Positions 52,671-63,799 of a DNA stretch of 64,000 nt are shown here, in pieces. The position numbers were made by a program, and so were the translations under genes. The notes below the pieces were generated by a model. It ran no database searches. It saw only the letters and a program-made list of their open reading frames with translations, and had not been told where the DNA came from. Numbering within the stretch: position 1 is the stretch's first letter; every line of letters starts with the position of its first letter. The DNA is taken from the NCBI RefSeq assembly GCF_048403405.1, contig NZ_CP183136.1, one strand, 5' to 3'. The stretch comes from Escherichia coli. GTDB lineage: Bacteria > Pseudomonadota > Gammaproteobacteria > Enterobacterales > Enterobacteriaceae.

Positions 52671-52892
52671 ATGAACTATGCAGGACACGAAAAACTGCGC
52701 GCCGAAGTGGCGGAGGTGGCCAATGCCATGTGCGACCTGCGTACAACCATGAATGAGATGGAGCAGCGGTACAGCTTTAATGCCGACACCCTGCCGGAAC
52801 GTCTGGTGCGTCAGACGCTGTTTCGCGCAAACCGCCTCCTGATGGAGGCATATACCGAAATTCTGGAACTGGATGCGTGCTTTAAAGATTGA
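52671..52892 (+). CDS. Hypothetical small protein
   Basis: 73-aa ORF immediately after the methyltransferase gene. Confidence 0.5.
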   Translation: MNYAGHEKLRAEVAEVANAMCDLRTTMNEMEQRYSFNADTLPERLVRQTLFRANRLLMEAYTEILELDACFKD

Positions 52893-52905
52893 GAAGGAGA
52901 CGAGA

Positions 52906-53340
52906 ATGTACGGAACATGCGAAACGCTATGCCGGGAGCTGGCAGTAAAGTATCCGGGAGACATGCCGCTGATGCTGGTTATCTGGTCCCCGGAAGAGAT
53001 TCAGGCCCTCGCTGACGGAATGGATATTTCCCTGTCCGATCATGAAATCAGAACCGTCCTGGCGCGCCTGGAGGACATCCCGGAAGACCAGCGGACTGAA
53101 TCCGGTATTTCTTCCGGCGTGGCGATGGAGATCATCAATAACGTGAGCGAAAACCGCCAGGTGACCGTCCCTGCTGAACTGCTGGCGTCCCTGATTCAGA
53201 CCGCTGAACAGGCATTGTGGAAACGTGAATGGGCCGCCCGGGATCATGGCCTCGCCGTCCCGGAATGCGTCACCCGCCGTCAGGCGGTGATTAATCAGGC
53301 CCGCACCCTGCTGAAAAACAACAGACACGAAAACGACTGA
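52906..53340 (+). CDS. Hypothetical protein (DUF1380-like), paralogue of 55048-55467
   Basis: Shares MY.T..E...E and RQVTVPA motifs with the paralogue; start chosen at the MYGTCETL methionine. Confidence 0.55.
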   Translation: MYGTCETLCRELAVKYPGDMPLMLVIWSPEEIQALADGMDISLSDHEIRTVLARLEDIPEDQRTESGISSGVAMEIINNVSENRQVTVPAELLASLIQTAEQALWKREWAARDHGLAVPECVTRRQAVINQARTLLKNNRHEND

Positions 53341-53385
53341 TGTTATCGCCGCCTCCGGGCGGCGATTCAGGGAGAACGATTAATC

Positions 53386-54162
53386 ATGAACGAAAACACA
53401 ACGCTGAACGCACTGATTTGTCGCCACGCCCGTAACCTGCTGCTGGCGCAGGGCTGGCCGGAAGAGACGGATGTTGACCAGCGAAATCCGAACCATCCGG
53501 GCTGGATCAGCATTTACGTGCGGCTGGATGCGCCCCGGCTGGCGACGTTACTTATCAACCGTCACGGCGGCGTACTGCCGCCGGTCCTGGCGTCTGCCAT
53601 GCAAAAACTGACCGGAACCGTGGCGGAACTTGTACTGTCCGGCAGCCAGTGGCAGGCGCTGCCGGTACTTCCGGCAGACGGAACGCAGGTGTTTTTCCCG
53701 TATGCCGGTGAATGGCTGACGGAGGAAGAAATCAGGGCAGTTCTTGATGCGGTGCGCAATGCAGTACGAAGCATCTGTTACCAGGTGGCAGACGATGCGC
53801 GGCGTATCCGGGCGGCGCTGACCACCACCGGTCAGACGTTGCTGACCCGGCAGACGCGCCGCTTTCGTCTGGTTGTGAAGGAAAGCGATTACCCCTGCTG
53901 GCTTGATGAAGATGACGAAAATCTGCCCGTGGTGCTCGATGCCATTCTGAACCGTGGCGCCCGTTTTTCCTCTGTGGAAATGTACCTGGTCTGTGAGTGT
54001 GTGGAGCATATCCTGGCCAGTGGTCTGGTCTGTGATGTGCTGCGTATACCGGATGAACCGTCCCGTCGCTGGTTTGACAGGGATATTCTGCGGGAGGTTG
54101 TTCTGGAGGCACGGGATGAAATCCGCAGCATGGCGGATGCACTGGCGAAAATCAGGGGCTGA
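53386..54162 (+). CDS. Hypothetical leading-region protein, 258 aa
   Basis: Clean ORF in the same-strand array. Confidence 0.5.
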   Translation: MNENTTLNALICRHARNLLLAQGWPEETDVDQRNPNHPGWISIYVRLDAPRLATLLINRHGGVLPPVLASAMQKLTGTVAELVLSGSQWQALPVLPADGTQVFFPYAGEWLTEEEIRAVLDAVRNAVRSICYQVADDARRIRAALTTTGQTLLTRQTRRFRLVVKESDYPCWLDEDDENLPVVLDAILNRGARFSSVEMYLVCECVEHILASGLVCDVLRIPDEPSRRWFDRDILREVVLEARDEIRSMADALAKIRG

Positions 54163-54575
54163 TGATGGCGGGGAAAATCCCCGCCTTTTTCCTGCCGGTC
54201 CCCGGACAGAGCACAAAGGAAGTCGCCGCCGGCTCCGCTTTACCCGGCCATGCGGGGCATGGCCTTGTGGGGGTTCAGTTATGTGGCCTCAGCGTCGTGT
54301 GCGGGCTGTGCCGTGCCTCCATCGTAGCCGGGCTTCTGCGGGCGGGTTGCAAGGTAAGGTGAACCGCTGCGGTCACCCGGTCCCTCCTTCCCGTCTGCCG
54401 TGATTTTCCGGTCGTTCACCCGCTCAGATTTCGCGGTCTCACCCTCCAACTCCCGCCAGCCGTGTGCGTCAGGCTGCGGCTTCCCTTGCGCCCTTGCAAC
54501 CCTGCAGGCCCGGCAAAGATGGAGGCACGGCACCGCCCGGTGTCGCGGAATATGTGAACAACGGAGGAAAACATC

Positions 54576-55001
54576 ATGCAATATGCGAAACCTGTCACTC
54601 TGAACGTTGAAGAGTGTGACCGTCTCTCCTTTCTGCCTTACCTGTTTGGCAACGATTTTCTGTATGCCGAGGCGTATGTGTACGCGCTGGCGCAAAAAAT
54701 GATGCCGGAATATCAGGGAGGCTTCTGGCATTTCATCCGCCTGCCGGACGGTGGCGGTTACATGATGCCGGATGGCGACCGTTTTCATCTGGTCAACGGT
54801 GAAAACTGGTTTGACCGCACTGTGAGTGCTGATGCCGCAGGTATCATCCTGACTTCCCTTGTGATTAACCGCCAGTTGTGGCTGTACCACGACAGCGGGG
54901 ATGCGGGACTGACACACCTTTACCGGATGCGCGATGCGCAGTTGTGGCGTCACATCGAATTTCACCCCGAATGCAATGCGATTTACGCGGCACTGGACTG
55001 A
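54576..55001 (+). CDS. Antirestriction protein of the ArdB/KlcA family (likely)
   Basis: 141-aa ORF with size and sequence character of KlcA-type proteins; family from recall only. Confidence 0.6.
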   Translation: MQYAKPVTLNVEECDRLSFLPYLFGNDFLYAEAYVYALAQKMMPEYQGGFWHFIRLPDGGGYMMPDGDRFHLVNGENWFDRTVSADAAGIILTSLVINRQLWLYHDSGDAGLTHLYRMRDAQLWRHIEFHPECNAIYAALD

Positions 55002-55047
55002 TTAACGGACGGGGCGGCGATGCCGCCCCTGTAAAGGAGACGAGAAC

Positions 55048-55467
55048 ATGTACTGTACTGTTAAAGAAATTATCCGCGAAGTGCTGGATACAGACGTGCC
55101 GGACAGTGAATGCGTTTTTGCCGTGGTGCTGACCCGTGGGGATGTGCGTCACATAGCCCAGGACTGGAGTCTGACAGACGATGAGCTGGAAACCGTCATG
55201 CAGCGGCTGGACGATGCCTTTGAGCATGGTGCTGATGTCAGCATTGTTCACGACGTTGTTTGTGAACTGATGGAAGAAAAGCGCGCCAGCCGTCAGGTGA
55301 CAGTCCCGGCGGTGATGCTGGAAAAAGTGATGGCGCTGGCAGGCAGTGAAATGAAGCGCCTGTATGCCGTCGGGAGTGAGAACGGGGGCGACGGTGACGC
55401 ATTTGTCAGGGAAGAACGTGAGATTATGCGGGTGATGCGTCAGGCGCTGGACGGGGAGAATGGGTAA
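55048..55467 (+). CDS. Hypothetical protein (DUF1380-like), paralogue of 52906-53340
   Basis: 139-aa ORF sharing motifs with the paralogue. Confidence 0.55.
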   Translation: MYCTVKEIIREVLDTDVPDSECVFAVVLTRGDVRHIAQDWSLTDDELETVMQRLDDAFEHGADVSIVHDVVCELMEEKRASRQVTVPAVMLEKVMALAGSEMKRLYAVGSENGGDGDAFVREEREIMRVMRQALDGENG

Positions 55468-55658
55468 TGAATATCAGCAAGGAAACCCGCGAAATTCTGC
55501 GTAATTACAGGGCCGTGATTAATGCGCGGCGTCGTGAAATGGGGCAGAAACCGCTCACCACCGCGCAGATTGTTGATGAAATATGTGATTTTGTGGTGAA
55601 TCAGCAGGCTGTTTTCCTCGGTGGTCACTACATCCTTCAGGGCAGCAGGCACAGGTGA
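55467..55658 (+). CDS. Hypothetical small protein
   Basis: 63-aa ORF overlapping the upstream stop codon. Confidence 0.4.
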   Translation: MNISKETREILRNYRAVINARRREMGQKPLTTAQIVDEICDFVVNQQAVFLGGHYILQGSRHR

Positions 55659-55789
55659 TACAGGGCAGGCGGTGGAGGCCGCCTGTCAGCCCGCGCGAAA
55701 ACCCCTGGCAGGCTGGCGCCTGCCGGAAGGGAAGCGGGCCACGCTGGCGCGTCGCCCGTTACCCTTCCCGTTTGTGATGTGTCCGGAAT

Positions 55790-56395
55790 GTTTTTTCCTG
55801 ATGTTATGTTTCTGTGGTTACTGTTCTTCTTCTTCCTCTTCTTTCCGTTCCTCTCCTGTTTATGCCTTTTCCGGGCGTCCCCCTGGCGGGGCGGGCTGTC
55901 GTGAACGGAGCCAGCGGAGCTGTCTCCGCCCTGGCGGGCTTCCATCCCTGACGCAAAACCCCGGGTTTGCAGCGACCGGAACGGTCGCGCCACCCCTGTC
56001 GCGCCGTGGCCTGCGCTCCCGGCATCCCGGCAAAAAGACGCCGGGATGTAAGGAGCAACGCCGTTTCGCAAACCGCGCTTCACGTCGTTGCAGCGGGTCC
56101 CTGCTCATTGCCTGCCGGGTGCCACACACCCGTATGAGTCCCTGTCGCCGGGGGCTGATACAGCCACAACCTGCCGCACTGACTGTCCAGGGTAAATGAA
56201 CAGCCCACAAAATTTTTTACCCAAAACCCGGTAAAAAATTTTGCGTTCTGCCCAGGACAGGTGCGTCAGGCCGTGGCAGTGATGCCCCTTGCGGCGAAGG
56301 TTCTCAAACGGGTGAAGTTCATACCACAGGGAATACAGCAGCAGGTTCCCGCGAAACGTCAAAACCGCGGCTCCCGAAACTCAACGGGTGATGTT
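55790..56395 (+). repeat. Large repeat, family B copy 1 (about 600 bp); Frpo-type single-strand promoter candidate
   Basis: Long near-identity with 59040-59695, including hairpin CAAAATTTTTTACCC..GGGTAAAAAATTTTG. Confidence 0.7.
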
Positions 56396-56625
56396 CTTTA
56401 AAAATCAGGATTTATTTCAGGCTCCGGCAATACGCATTTATGTGTTCTGTCAGTCATCCGGCTGGCAGGTAATGAAAACGCAGGAACAGAAGGAGGAAAA
56501 CACCGGAAAGCGTCAGATGCAGATATGAAAAAAAGCAGGTCAGGGACCTGCTTAATCCACGCCGTAAGAATTGTGCGACCAATTTTGACGGCATTGTTAA
56601 CCAATTTGTCATAAGGAATCCATTT

Positions 56626-56856
56626 ATGACTGTAAGCATTGTTTCACCTTCCGCAGCGGCTGTAAAGCCCCGCCGTCATCCCCGTTTCAGACGCGAAGAC
56701 ATCCCCGCGCCGGAACTTGACCCCGTGCTGAAAGCCTTCGGGCGACACATTGCCCGGAGTTTTCGCCGGGGGCGTGGTGTACACATCCCCGCCATGAAAA
56801 ACACGGCCTTCGGGCAGGTGCTCCGCACACTCGAACTGAAACGCGCTTTTAACTGA
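56626..56856 (+). CDS. Hypothetical small basic protein
   Basis: 76-aa ORF, first after the family-B repeat. Confidence 0.4.
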   Translation: MTVSIVSPSAAAVKPRRHPRFRREDIPAPELDPVLKAFGRHIARSFRRGRGVHIPAMKNTAFGQVLRTLELKRAFN

Positions 56857-56907
56857 TGAGGTGAGCCGCCCCGCGAGGGGCGGCAACAGACGGAAGGAGA
56901 ACATTTT

Positions 56908-58269
56908 ATGACATTAGCAGCAATCACCATGACCGCCCCGGAAGCCGCCAGCCCGGTGCAGATGTACCGCGCGACCTACTCACCGGATGACAACAAACTG
57001 CGCCTGTATGCCGTGTCACGTCTTGACCCGGAGACGTATAAAAAAGTGCATGATGCCGGTTTTCGCTGGGCACCAGAACAGGCGCTGTTTGTGGCTCCAG
57101 CCTGGACACCGGGCCGGGAAGACGTGCTCCTCTCACTTGCCGGAGAGATTGAGGATGAAGACAGCACGCTCGCTGAACGTCAGGAAGCACGGGCGGAGCG
57201 GTTTACCGGATACAGCGGAAAGCGGGCCAGTGAATCCGCACAGGCACTTGATGAAGTGGAAAGACTGGCCGCGATGATCCCGCCCGGTCAGCCCATTCTT
57301 GTGGGGCATCACAGCGAACGCCGCGCCCGTCGTGATGCGCAGCGTATTGAAAACGGCATGAAACGTGCCGTGATGCTCTTTGAACGTGCGGAATACTGGG
57401 AAGAACGTGCGCGGTCGGCACTGCTTCACGCGAAGTATAAAGAACGTCCGGACGTTCGCTGGCGTCGTATCAAAAAAATCGAAGCTGATTTGCGCAAGGC
57501 TGAAAAGACCATCGCACAGTCGCAGAAATATCTGACGATGTGGCGGGCTGAATCGCTGGATCTGAATATGGCAAAACTCATCAGCAGTCATGACCATATC
57601 AGCGCCTGTTTCCCGCTGGATACGTATCCGCGCCCGGCAGAAAAAAGCCAGTATGAAGGAAGTCGATCGTTATGGTCGGCCCTGGATGATGACATCATCA
57701 CCACGGAGCAGGCCCGCGAAATTGCGATCCGCTGTCATGAACGGCAGATTCAGCATCAGCAACGCTGGGTTAACCACTATCAGAACCGCCTGATCTATGA
57801 GCGTGCCATGCTGGACGAAAGCGGCGGCGTGGTTACCCGGACACAGGATTTTGAGCCGGGCGGACAGGTTTTCAGCCGGGGCGAGTGGCTGACCATCATC
57901 CGCGTGAACAAAAGCAACGGGGCGGTGAGTTCAGTCACAACGCCGAATTACAGTTTTCTCGGGTACAGCGGCACGATGAAAGTGACGCCCGATCGCATCA
58001 CGGACTACAAAGCACCATCGGCAGAAGAGGCTGCCGTCGCCAGCCAGGCCGCGAAGCGTCCGCCGGTAGTCAACTATCCGGGGGAAGGTTTCCGGGAAAT
58101 GACAAAGGCGCAGTGGGCCGCCCTGCCCCGGGACTGTAAGGCCGTGCGCAGTGTGGCAGAGACAGAAGACCACGGGGCATACCGCTACCGCCGCACAATG
58201 GACAATAATTTCCGCCTGGTGAATGTGTATATCACCGACATGAAAATCACGGAAATCCCGCAGAAATAA
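56908..58269 (+). CDS. Hypothetical leading-region protein, 453 aa
   Basis: Clean ORF with coiled-coil-like central region; no domain recognised. Confidence 0.55.
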   Translation: MTLAAITMTAPEAASPVQMYRATYSPDDNKLRLYAVSRLDPETYKKVHDAGFRWAPEQALFVAPAWTPGREDVLLSLAGEIEDEDSTLAERQEARAERFTGYSGKRASESAQALDEVERLAAMIPPGQPILVGHHSERRARRDAQRIENGMKRAVMLFERAEYWEERARSALLHAKYKERPDVRWRRIKKIEADLRKAEKTIAQSQKYLTMWRAESLDLNMAKLISSHDHISACFPLDTYPRPAEKSQYEGSRSLWSALDDDIITTEQAREIAIRCHERQIQHQQRWVNHYQNRLIYERAMLDESGGVVTRTQDFEPGGQVFSRGEWLTIIRVNKSNGAVSSVTTPNYSFLGYSGTMKVTPDRITDYKAPSAEEAAVASQAAKRPPVVNYPGEGFREMTKAQWAALPRDCKAVRSVAETEDHGAYRYRRTMDNNFRLVNVYITDMKITEIPQK

Positions 58270-58315
58270 GGTATATCCCCCCGGGAAATCCCCGGGGGAT
58301 GACGGAGATAATGAT

Positions 58316-58879
58316 ATGCACAGTCAGTTAAAAGAACGTATCCGGCTGATGCGCGCAAGGCTGGATAACGCCGCGCCGGTTGCTGAAATCCGGGCTGAAT
58401 CTCAGCTTTTTGTGACTCCTGCCCCGGTCTGTGATCGCCTGGTGACGCTGGCGGAGATCAGCAACCGTGATCACATTCTGGAACCCTCTGCCGGCACCGG
58501 GGCCATACTGCGGGCGATTCGTCATGTCGCGCCGGGGGCCATGTGTGATGCGGTGGAGATTAACAGCGGGCTGGTCCGGTATCTGCGGGATAATTTTAAC
58601 GGTGTCAGGGTTCAGTGTGGCGACTTCATGGAATGGCAGCCGGTGCAGTATTACAGCCGGATTATCATGAATCCGCCGTTCAGTCACGGGCAGGATATCC
58701 GGCATATCCTGCGGGCTTTTTCCCTGTTGCGTCCGGGTGGTGTGCTGGTTGCCGTCTGTCTGAACGGGCCGCGCCAGCAGGAGAAGCTGTTACCGTTTTC
58801 TGATGTCCGCGAGGTGCTGCCGTGCGGCACATTTGCTTATACCCGTGTTCCGACGATGATTATTCGTCTGCGTGCCTGA
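58316..58879 (+). CDS. Small orphan AdoMet-dependent methyltransferase (probable DNA amino-methyltransferase)
   Basis: EPSAGTG AdoMet motif and NPPF catalytic motif; no adjacent endonuclease. Confidence 0.75.
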   Translation: MHSQLKERIRLMRARLDNAAPVAEIRAESQLFVTPAPVCDRLVTLAEISNRDHILEPSAGTGAILRAIRHVAPGAMCDAVEINSGLVRYLRDNFNGVRVQCGDFMEWQPVQYYSRIIMNPPFSHGQDIRHILRAFSLLRPGGVLVAVCLNGPRQQEKLLPFSDVREVLPCGTFAYTRVPTMIIRLRA

Positions 58880-59039
58880 TGACTCCGGGCAGGCGGGAGG
58901 ATAAATGCCCGTCTGCCCGCGCCGGGAAAAGACCGCGCGCCGGTGGCGCTGAAAGGGGCCGCGCTTACGCGCCGCCCCTTTCATTACGCGGACGTTCTGC
59001 TGTGGGCTTCTGTCTTTTCAGACCTGTCATTTGCTTGTT

Positions 59040-59695
59040 ACTGATGATGTTGTTGTTCCTGCTACTGCTACTGCTACTGCTACTGCTACTGCTACTGCTA
59101 CTGCTACTGCTACTGTTCTTCTTTTTTCTGCTGCTCTGATTACTGTCTGTTTTGTTGTTCTCCTGCTTATGCCTTTTCCGGGCGTCCCCCTGGCGGGGCG
59201 GGCTGTCGTGAACGGAGCCAGCGGAGCTGTCTCCGCCCTGGCGGGCTTCCATCCCTGACGCAAAAACCCGGGTTTGCAGCGACCGGAACGGTCGCGCCAC
59301 CCTTGTCGCGCCGTGGCCTGCGCTCCCGGCATCCCGGCAAAAGACGCCGGGATGTAAGGAGCAACGCCGTTTCGCAAACCGCGCTTCACGTCGTTGCGGC
59401 GGGTCCCTGCCCGTTGTTCTGTCCGGTGCCATTCACCTGTTTAAGCCCCTGTCGCCGGGGGCATAGACAGCCACAACCTGCCGCACTGACTGTCCAGGGT
59501 AAATGAACAGCCCACAAAATTTTTTACCCAAAACCCGGTAAAAAATTTTGCGTTCTGCCCAGGACAGGTGCGTCAGGCCGTGGCAGTGATGCCCCATGCG
59601 GCGAAGGTTCTCAAACAGGTGATGGTGAATACCGGAGGGAACAAAAGGCAGGTCCCCGCAAAACGTCAAAACCGCGGCTCCCGAAACTCAACAGA
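59040..59695 (+). repeat. Large repeat, family B copy 2, upstream of ssb; Frpo-type single-strand promoter candidate
   Basis: Near-identical to 55790-56395 apart from the hexanucleotide tract and a short variable segment. Confidence 0.7.
59059..59115 (+). repeat. Hexanucleotide microsatellite (CTGCTA), about 9.5 units
   Basis: Read directly; absent from the paralogous repeat copy, which has an irregular pyrimidine tract instead. Confidence 0.9.
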
Positions 59696-59733
59696 TGATG
59701 GGGGCTGAAAACATCAACAGAAGGAGACACATC

Positions 59734-60261
59734 ATGGCAGTTCGTGGCATTAACAAGGTCATTCTTGTCGGTCGTCTGGGAAAAGATCCGGAAGTCCGTT
59801 ACATCCCCAACGGGGGCGCAGTGGCAAACCTGCAGGTGGCCACGTCAGAAACCTGGCGCGACAAACAGACGGGGGAAATGAAGGAGCAGACGGAATGGCA
59901 CCGCGTGGTGCTGTTCGGCAAGCTCGCGGAAGTGGCAGGTGAATATCTGCGTAAGGGGGCGCAGGTCTACATTGAAGGCCAGCTTCGCACCCGTAGCTGG
60001 GAAGATAACGGTATTACCCGTTACGTCACCGAAATCCTTGTTAAAACCACGGGCACCATGCAGATGCTGGGGAGTGCACCACAGCAGAACGCTCAGGTGC
60101 AACCGCAGCCTCAGCAGAATGGTCAGTCACAGAGTGCTGACGCGACGAAAAAAGGGAGCGCGAAAACGAAAGGCCGTGGACGTAAGGCTGCGCAGCCGGA
60201 GCCTCAGCCGCAACCACCGGAGGGGGAGGATTACGGGTTTTCAGACGATATCCCGTTCTGA
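59734..60261 (+). CDS. ssb: Plasmid single-stranded DNA-binding protein
   Basis: 175-aa ORF with SSB fold sequence and acidic C-terminal tail DDIPF; ATG at 59734 within ORF 59695-60261. Confidence 0.95.
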   Translation: MAVRGINKVILVGRLGKDPEVRYIPNGGAVANLQVATSETWRDKQTGEMKEQTEWHRVVLFGKLAEVAGEYLRKGAQVYIEGQLRTRSWEDNGITRYVTEILVKTTGTMQMLGSAPQQNAQVQPQPQQNGQSQSADATKKGSAKTKGRGRKAAQPEPQPQPPEGEDYGFSDDIPF

Positions 60262-60279
60262 CTGGCCTGACTGTGATAA

Positions 60280-60552
<273 letters not shown>

Positions 60553-60612
60553 GAGAGGTGCCGGACGGGGATCACGTCCGGCAGACATTAACTACACAAT
60601 AAGGGGATAGTC

Positions 60613-62577
60613 ATGTCAGTAACAAAGTCTGAACCAAAATCTACCCGTAAAGCAAGCCGTAAACCTGCAAAAACGCAGGAAACTGTCCTGTCTGCCCTGC
60701 TGGCGCAGACGGAGGAAGTGAGCGTGCCGCTGGCCTCGCTGATTAAGTCACCACTGAATGTGCGCACGGTGCCGTATTCTGCGGAGTCCGTCAGCGAACT
60801 GGCTGATTCCATTAAGGGGGTCGGCCTGCTGCAGAATCTGGTTGTTCATGCCCTGCCAGGTGACCGCCACGGTGTCGCCGCAGGTGGTCGCCGACTGGCA
60901 GCACTCAACATGCTGGCAGAGCGTGGCATCATTCCGGCTGACTGGCCTGTCCGCGTGAAAATTATTCCGCAGGAACTGGCGACGGCCGCATCGATGACCG
61001 AGAACGGTCATCGTCGGGATATGCACCCAGCCGAACAGATTGCCGGATTCTGTGCAATGGCGCAGGAAGGCAAAACACCTGCACAAATCGGTGATTTGCT
61101 GGGCTATTCACCCCGCCACGTTCAGCGAATGCTGAAACTGGCTGACCTTGCGCCTGTCATCCTCGATGCGCTGGCAGAAGACCTCATCACCACCGAGCAC
61201 TGTCAGGCGCTGGCGCTGGAGAACGACACCGCGCGTCAGGTGCAGGTGTTTGAAGCCGCCTGTCAGTCGGGATGGGGCGGTAAACCGGAAGTACAGACCA
61301 TTCGTCGTCTGGTGACCGAAAGTGAAGTGGCGGTGGCAGGGAACAGTAAATTCCGCTTCGTGGGGGCTGATGCCTTCTCGCCAGATGAACTGCGCACTGA
61401 CCTGTTCAGCGACGACGAGGGTGGCTATGTGGACTGCGTGGCGCTCGATGCCGCCCTGCTGGAAAAACTCCAGGCTGTTGCTGAACACCTTCGGGAAGCC
61501 GAAGGCTGGGGATGGTGCGCCGGACGCATGGAGCCTGTCGGTGAGTGCCGTGAGGATGCCGGAACATACCGCTGTCTGCCGGAGCCGGAAGCGGTGCTGA
61601 CGGAGGCGGAAGAAGAACGTCTGAACGAACTGATGACGCGTTACGACGCGCTGGAAAACCAGTGTGAGGAATCTGACCTGCTGGAAGCAGAAATGAAGCT
61701 GATGCGCTGCATGGCGAAGGTCAGGGCGTGGACGCCGGAGATGCGTGCCGGAAGCGGTGTGGTGGTGTCCTGGCGTTATGGCAACGTGTGTGTCCAGCGT
61801 GGTGTGCAGTTGCGCAGCGAGGATGATGCGGCTGACGACGCTGACCGCACGGAACAGGTGCAGGAGAAAGCGCCCGTGGAGGAAATCAGTCTGCCACTGC
61901 TGACGAAAATGTCTTCCGAACGCACGCTGGCAGTCCAGGCAGCACTGATGCAGCAACCGGACAAATCTCTGTCACTGCTGGCATGGACGCTCTGCCTGAA
62001 TGTGTTTGGCAGCGGAGCGTACAGTAAACCAGCACAAATCAGCCTGGAATGTAAACATTATTCGCTGACCAGCGATGCGCCATCGGGGAAGGACGGTGCC
62101 GCATTCCTGGCGCTGATGGCAGAAAAAGCCCGTCTTGCAGCCCTGTTACCGGAGGGATGGTCACGGGATATGACGACATTCCTGTCACTCAGCCAGGAGG
62201 TACTGTTATCCCTGCTCAGTTTCTGCACCGCGTGCAGCATCCACGGCGTTCAGACCCGCGAGCATGGTCACACGTCACGCAGTCCGCTGGACTCGCTGGA
62301 GAGCGCTATCGGATTCCACATGCGCGACTGGTGGCAGCCGACGAAAGCAAACTTCTTCGGACACCTGCAAAAGCCGCAGATTATCGATGCCCTGAATGAT
62401 GCCGGACTGTCCGGTGCTGCGCGGGACGCGGAGAAAATGAAGAAAGGCGATGCCGCTGAACATGCAGAGTTCCACATGAAAGACAACCGCTGGGTGCCTG
62501 GCTGGATGTGTACACCACGTCCACAGGCAGAGACGGAAACCACGGAGTACCGTGACGACCAGGCAGAAGCCGCCTGA
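60613..62577 (+). CDS. ParB-like nuclease-domain protein of the leading region
   Basis: 654-aa ORF with N-terminal ParB/Srx-like region; conserved position between ssb and psiB. Confidence 0.8.
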
Positions 62578-62645
62578 CCGCCAGTCATAAACCATTTATC
62601 ACGCCGCCCTGCCGGAGACGGGGCGGCAGCAAGGGAGATACCGTG

Positions 62646-63080
62646 ATGAAAACTGAACTGACCCTGAATGTATTACAGACCATGAGCGCACAGGAATATG
62701 AAGATATCCGGGCTGCCGGAAGTGATGAACGTCGTGAACTCACACATGCCGTGATGCGGGAGCTGGATGCGCCGGATAACTGGACGATGAACGGCGAGTA
62801 TGGCAGCGAGTTCGGCGGCTTTTTCCCCGTCCAGGTCCGTTTCACGCCTGCCCACGAACGTTTTCACCTGGCGTTATGTTCACCGGGCGATGTCTCTCAG
62901 GTCTGGGTGCTGGTTCTGGTGAATGCCGGTGGTGAGCCGTTTGCGGTGGTTCAGGTACAGCGGCGGTTTGCACCGGAAGCCGTCAGCCATTCACTGGCAC
63001 TGGCGGCGTCACTGGACGCGCAGGGGTACAGCGTCAGTGACATCATCCATATCCTGATGGCGGAAGGAGGTCAGGCATGA
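62646..63080 (+). CDS. psiB: PsiB, plasmid SOS-inhibition protein
   Basis: Translation [12 protein letters not shown]... matches PsiB; ATG at 62646. Confidence 0.95.
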
Positions 63081-63796
63081 GCGCACGTTCACAGGCACTG
63101 GTTCCCCTCAGCGCAGAGCAACAGGCCGCATGGCGGGCGGTGGCGGAGACAGAAAAACGCCGCCACCAGGGAAACACGCTGGCGGAATATCCGTATGCGG
63201 GGGCGTTTTTCCGCTGTCTGAACGGAAGCCGCAGGATATCGCTGTCTGACCTGCGATTTTTCATGCCGTCCCTGACCGCAGAAGAACTGCGCGGCAACCG
63301 TTCTCAGTGGCTGTATGCCGTCGATGTGCTGATTGAAACTCAGGGCGAGGTCTGCCTTCTTCCCCTTCCCGGCGATGCAGCAGAGCGGCTGTTCCCGTCG
63401 GTGCGGTTCCGTGTCAGGGAGCGCAGTCGCCACAAATCCGCACTGGTCATGCAAAAGTACAGCCGCCAGCAGGCGAGGGAGGCAGAGCAGAAAGCCCGTG
63501 CGTACCAGGCGCTGGTCGCTCAGGCTGAAATCGAACTGGCATTCCATTCGCCGGAAACAGTCGGAAGCTGGCATGCCCGCTGGAGTGACCGGGTGGCAGA
63601 GCATGACCTGGAAACCCTGTTCTGGCAGTGGGGTGAGCGTTTTCCGTCACTGGCCGGAATGGAACGCTGGCAGTGGCAGGATATGCCGTTCTGGCAGGTT
63701 ATTGCGGAAGCCAGTCTTGCAGCAAGAGAGGCCGGTCACGCTGTCCGTGAGATGGAGCGGTGGATGGTGCCGAACAAACTCCGGGAGGCGGCGTGA
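63077..63796 (+). CDS. psiA: PsiA
   Basis: 239-aa ORF overlapping the psiB stop; matches PsiA. Confidence 0.95.
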
Positions 63797-63799
63797 TGC

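Noticed and set aside
53548-54965. Minus-strand ORFs of 136-228 aa in the leading region
   Set aside because: Antisense to the uniformly plus-strand leading-region genes, which must be transcribed toward oriT; GC-driven open frames
55621-56210. Several overlapping ORFs on both strands (60-192 aa) with Arg/Pro/Gly-rich translations, and similar ORFs in 58965-59506
   Set aside because: They fall inside the two GC-rich family-B repeat copies; composition-driven, overlapping and mutually exclusive
58822-59139. 105-aa ORF ending in a long poly-Leu run
   Set aside because: Poly-Leu comes from the (CTGCTA) microsatellite inside a non-coding repeat
61108-61956. 282-aa minus-strand ORF
   Set aside because: Antisense to the ParB-like gene; His/Arg-rich spurious translation
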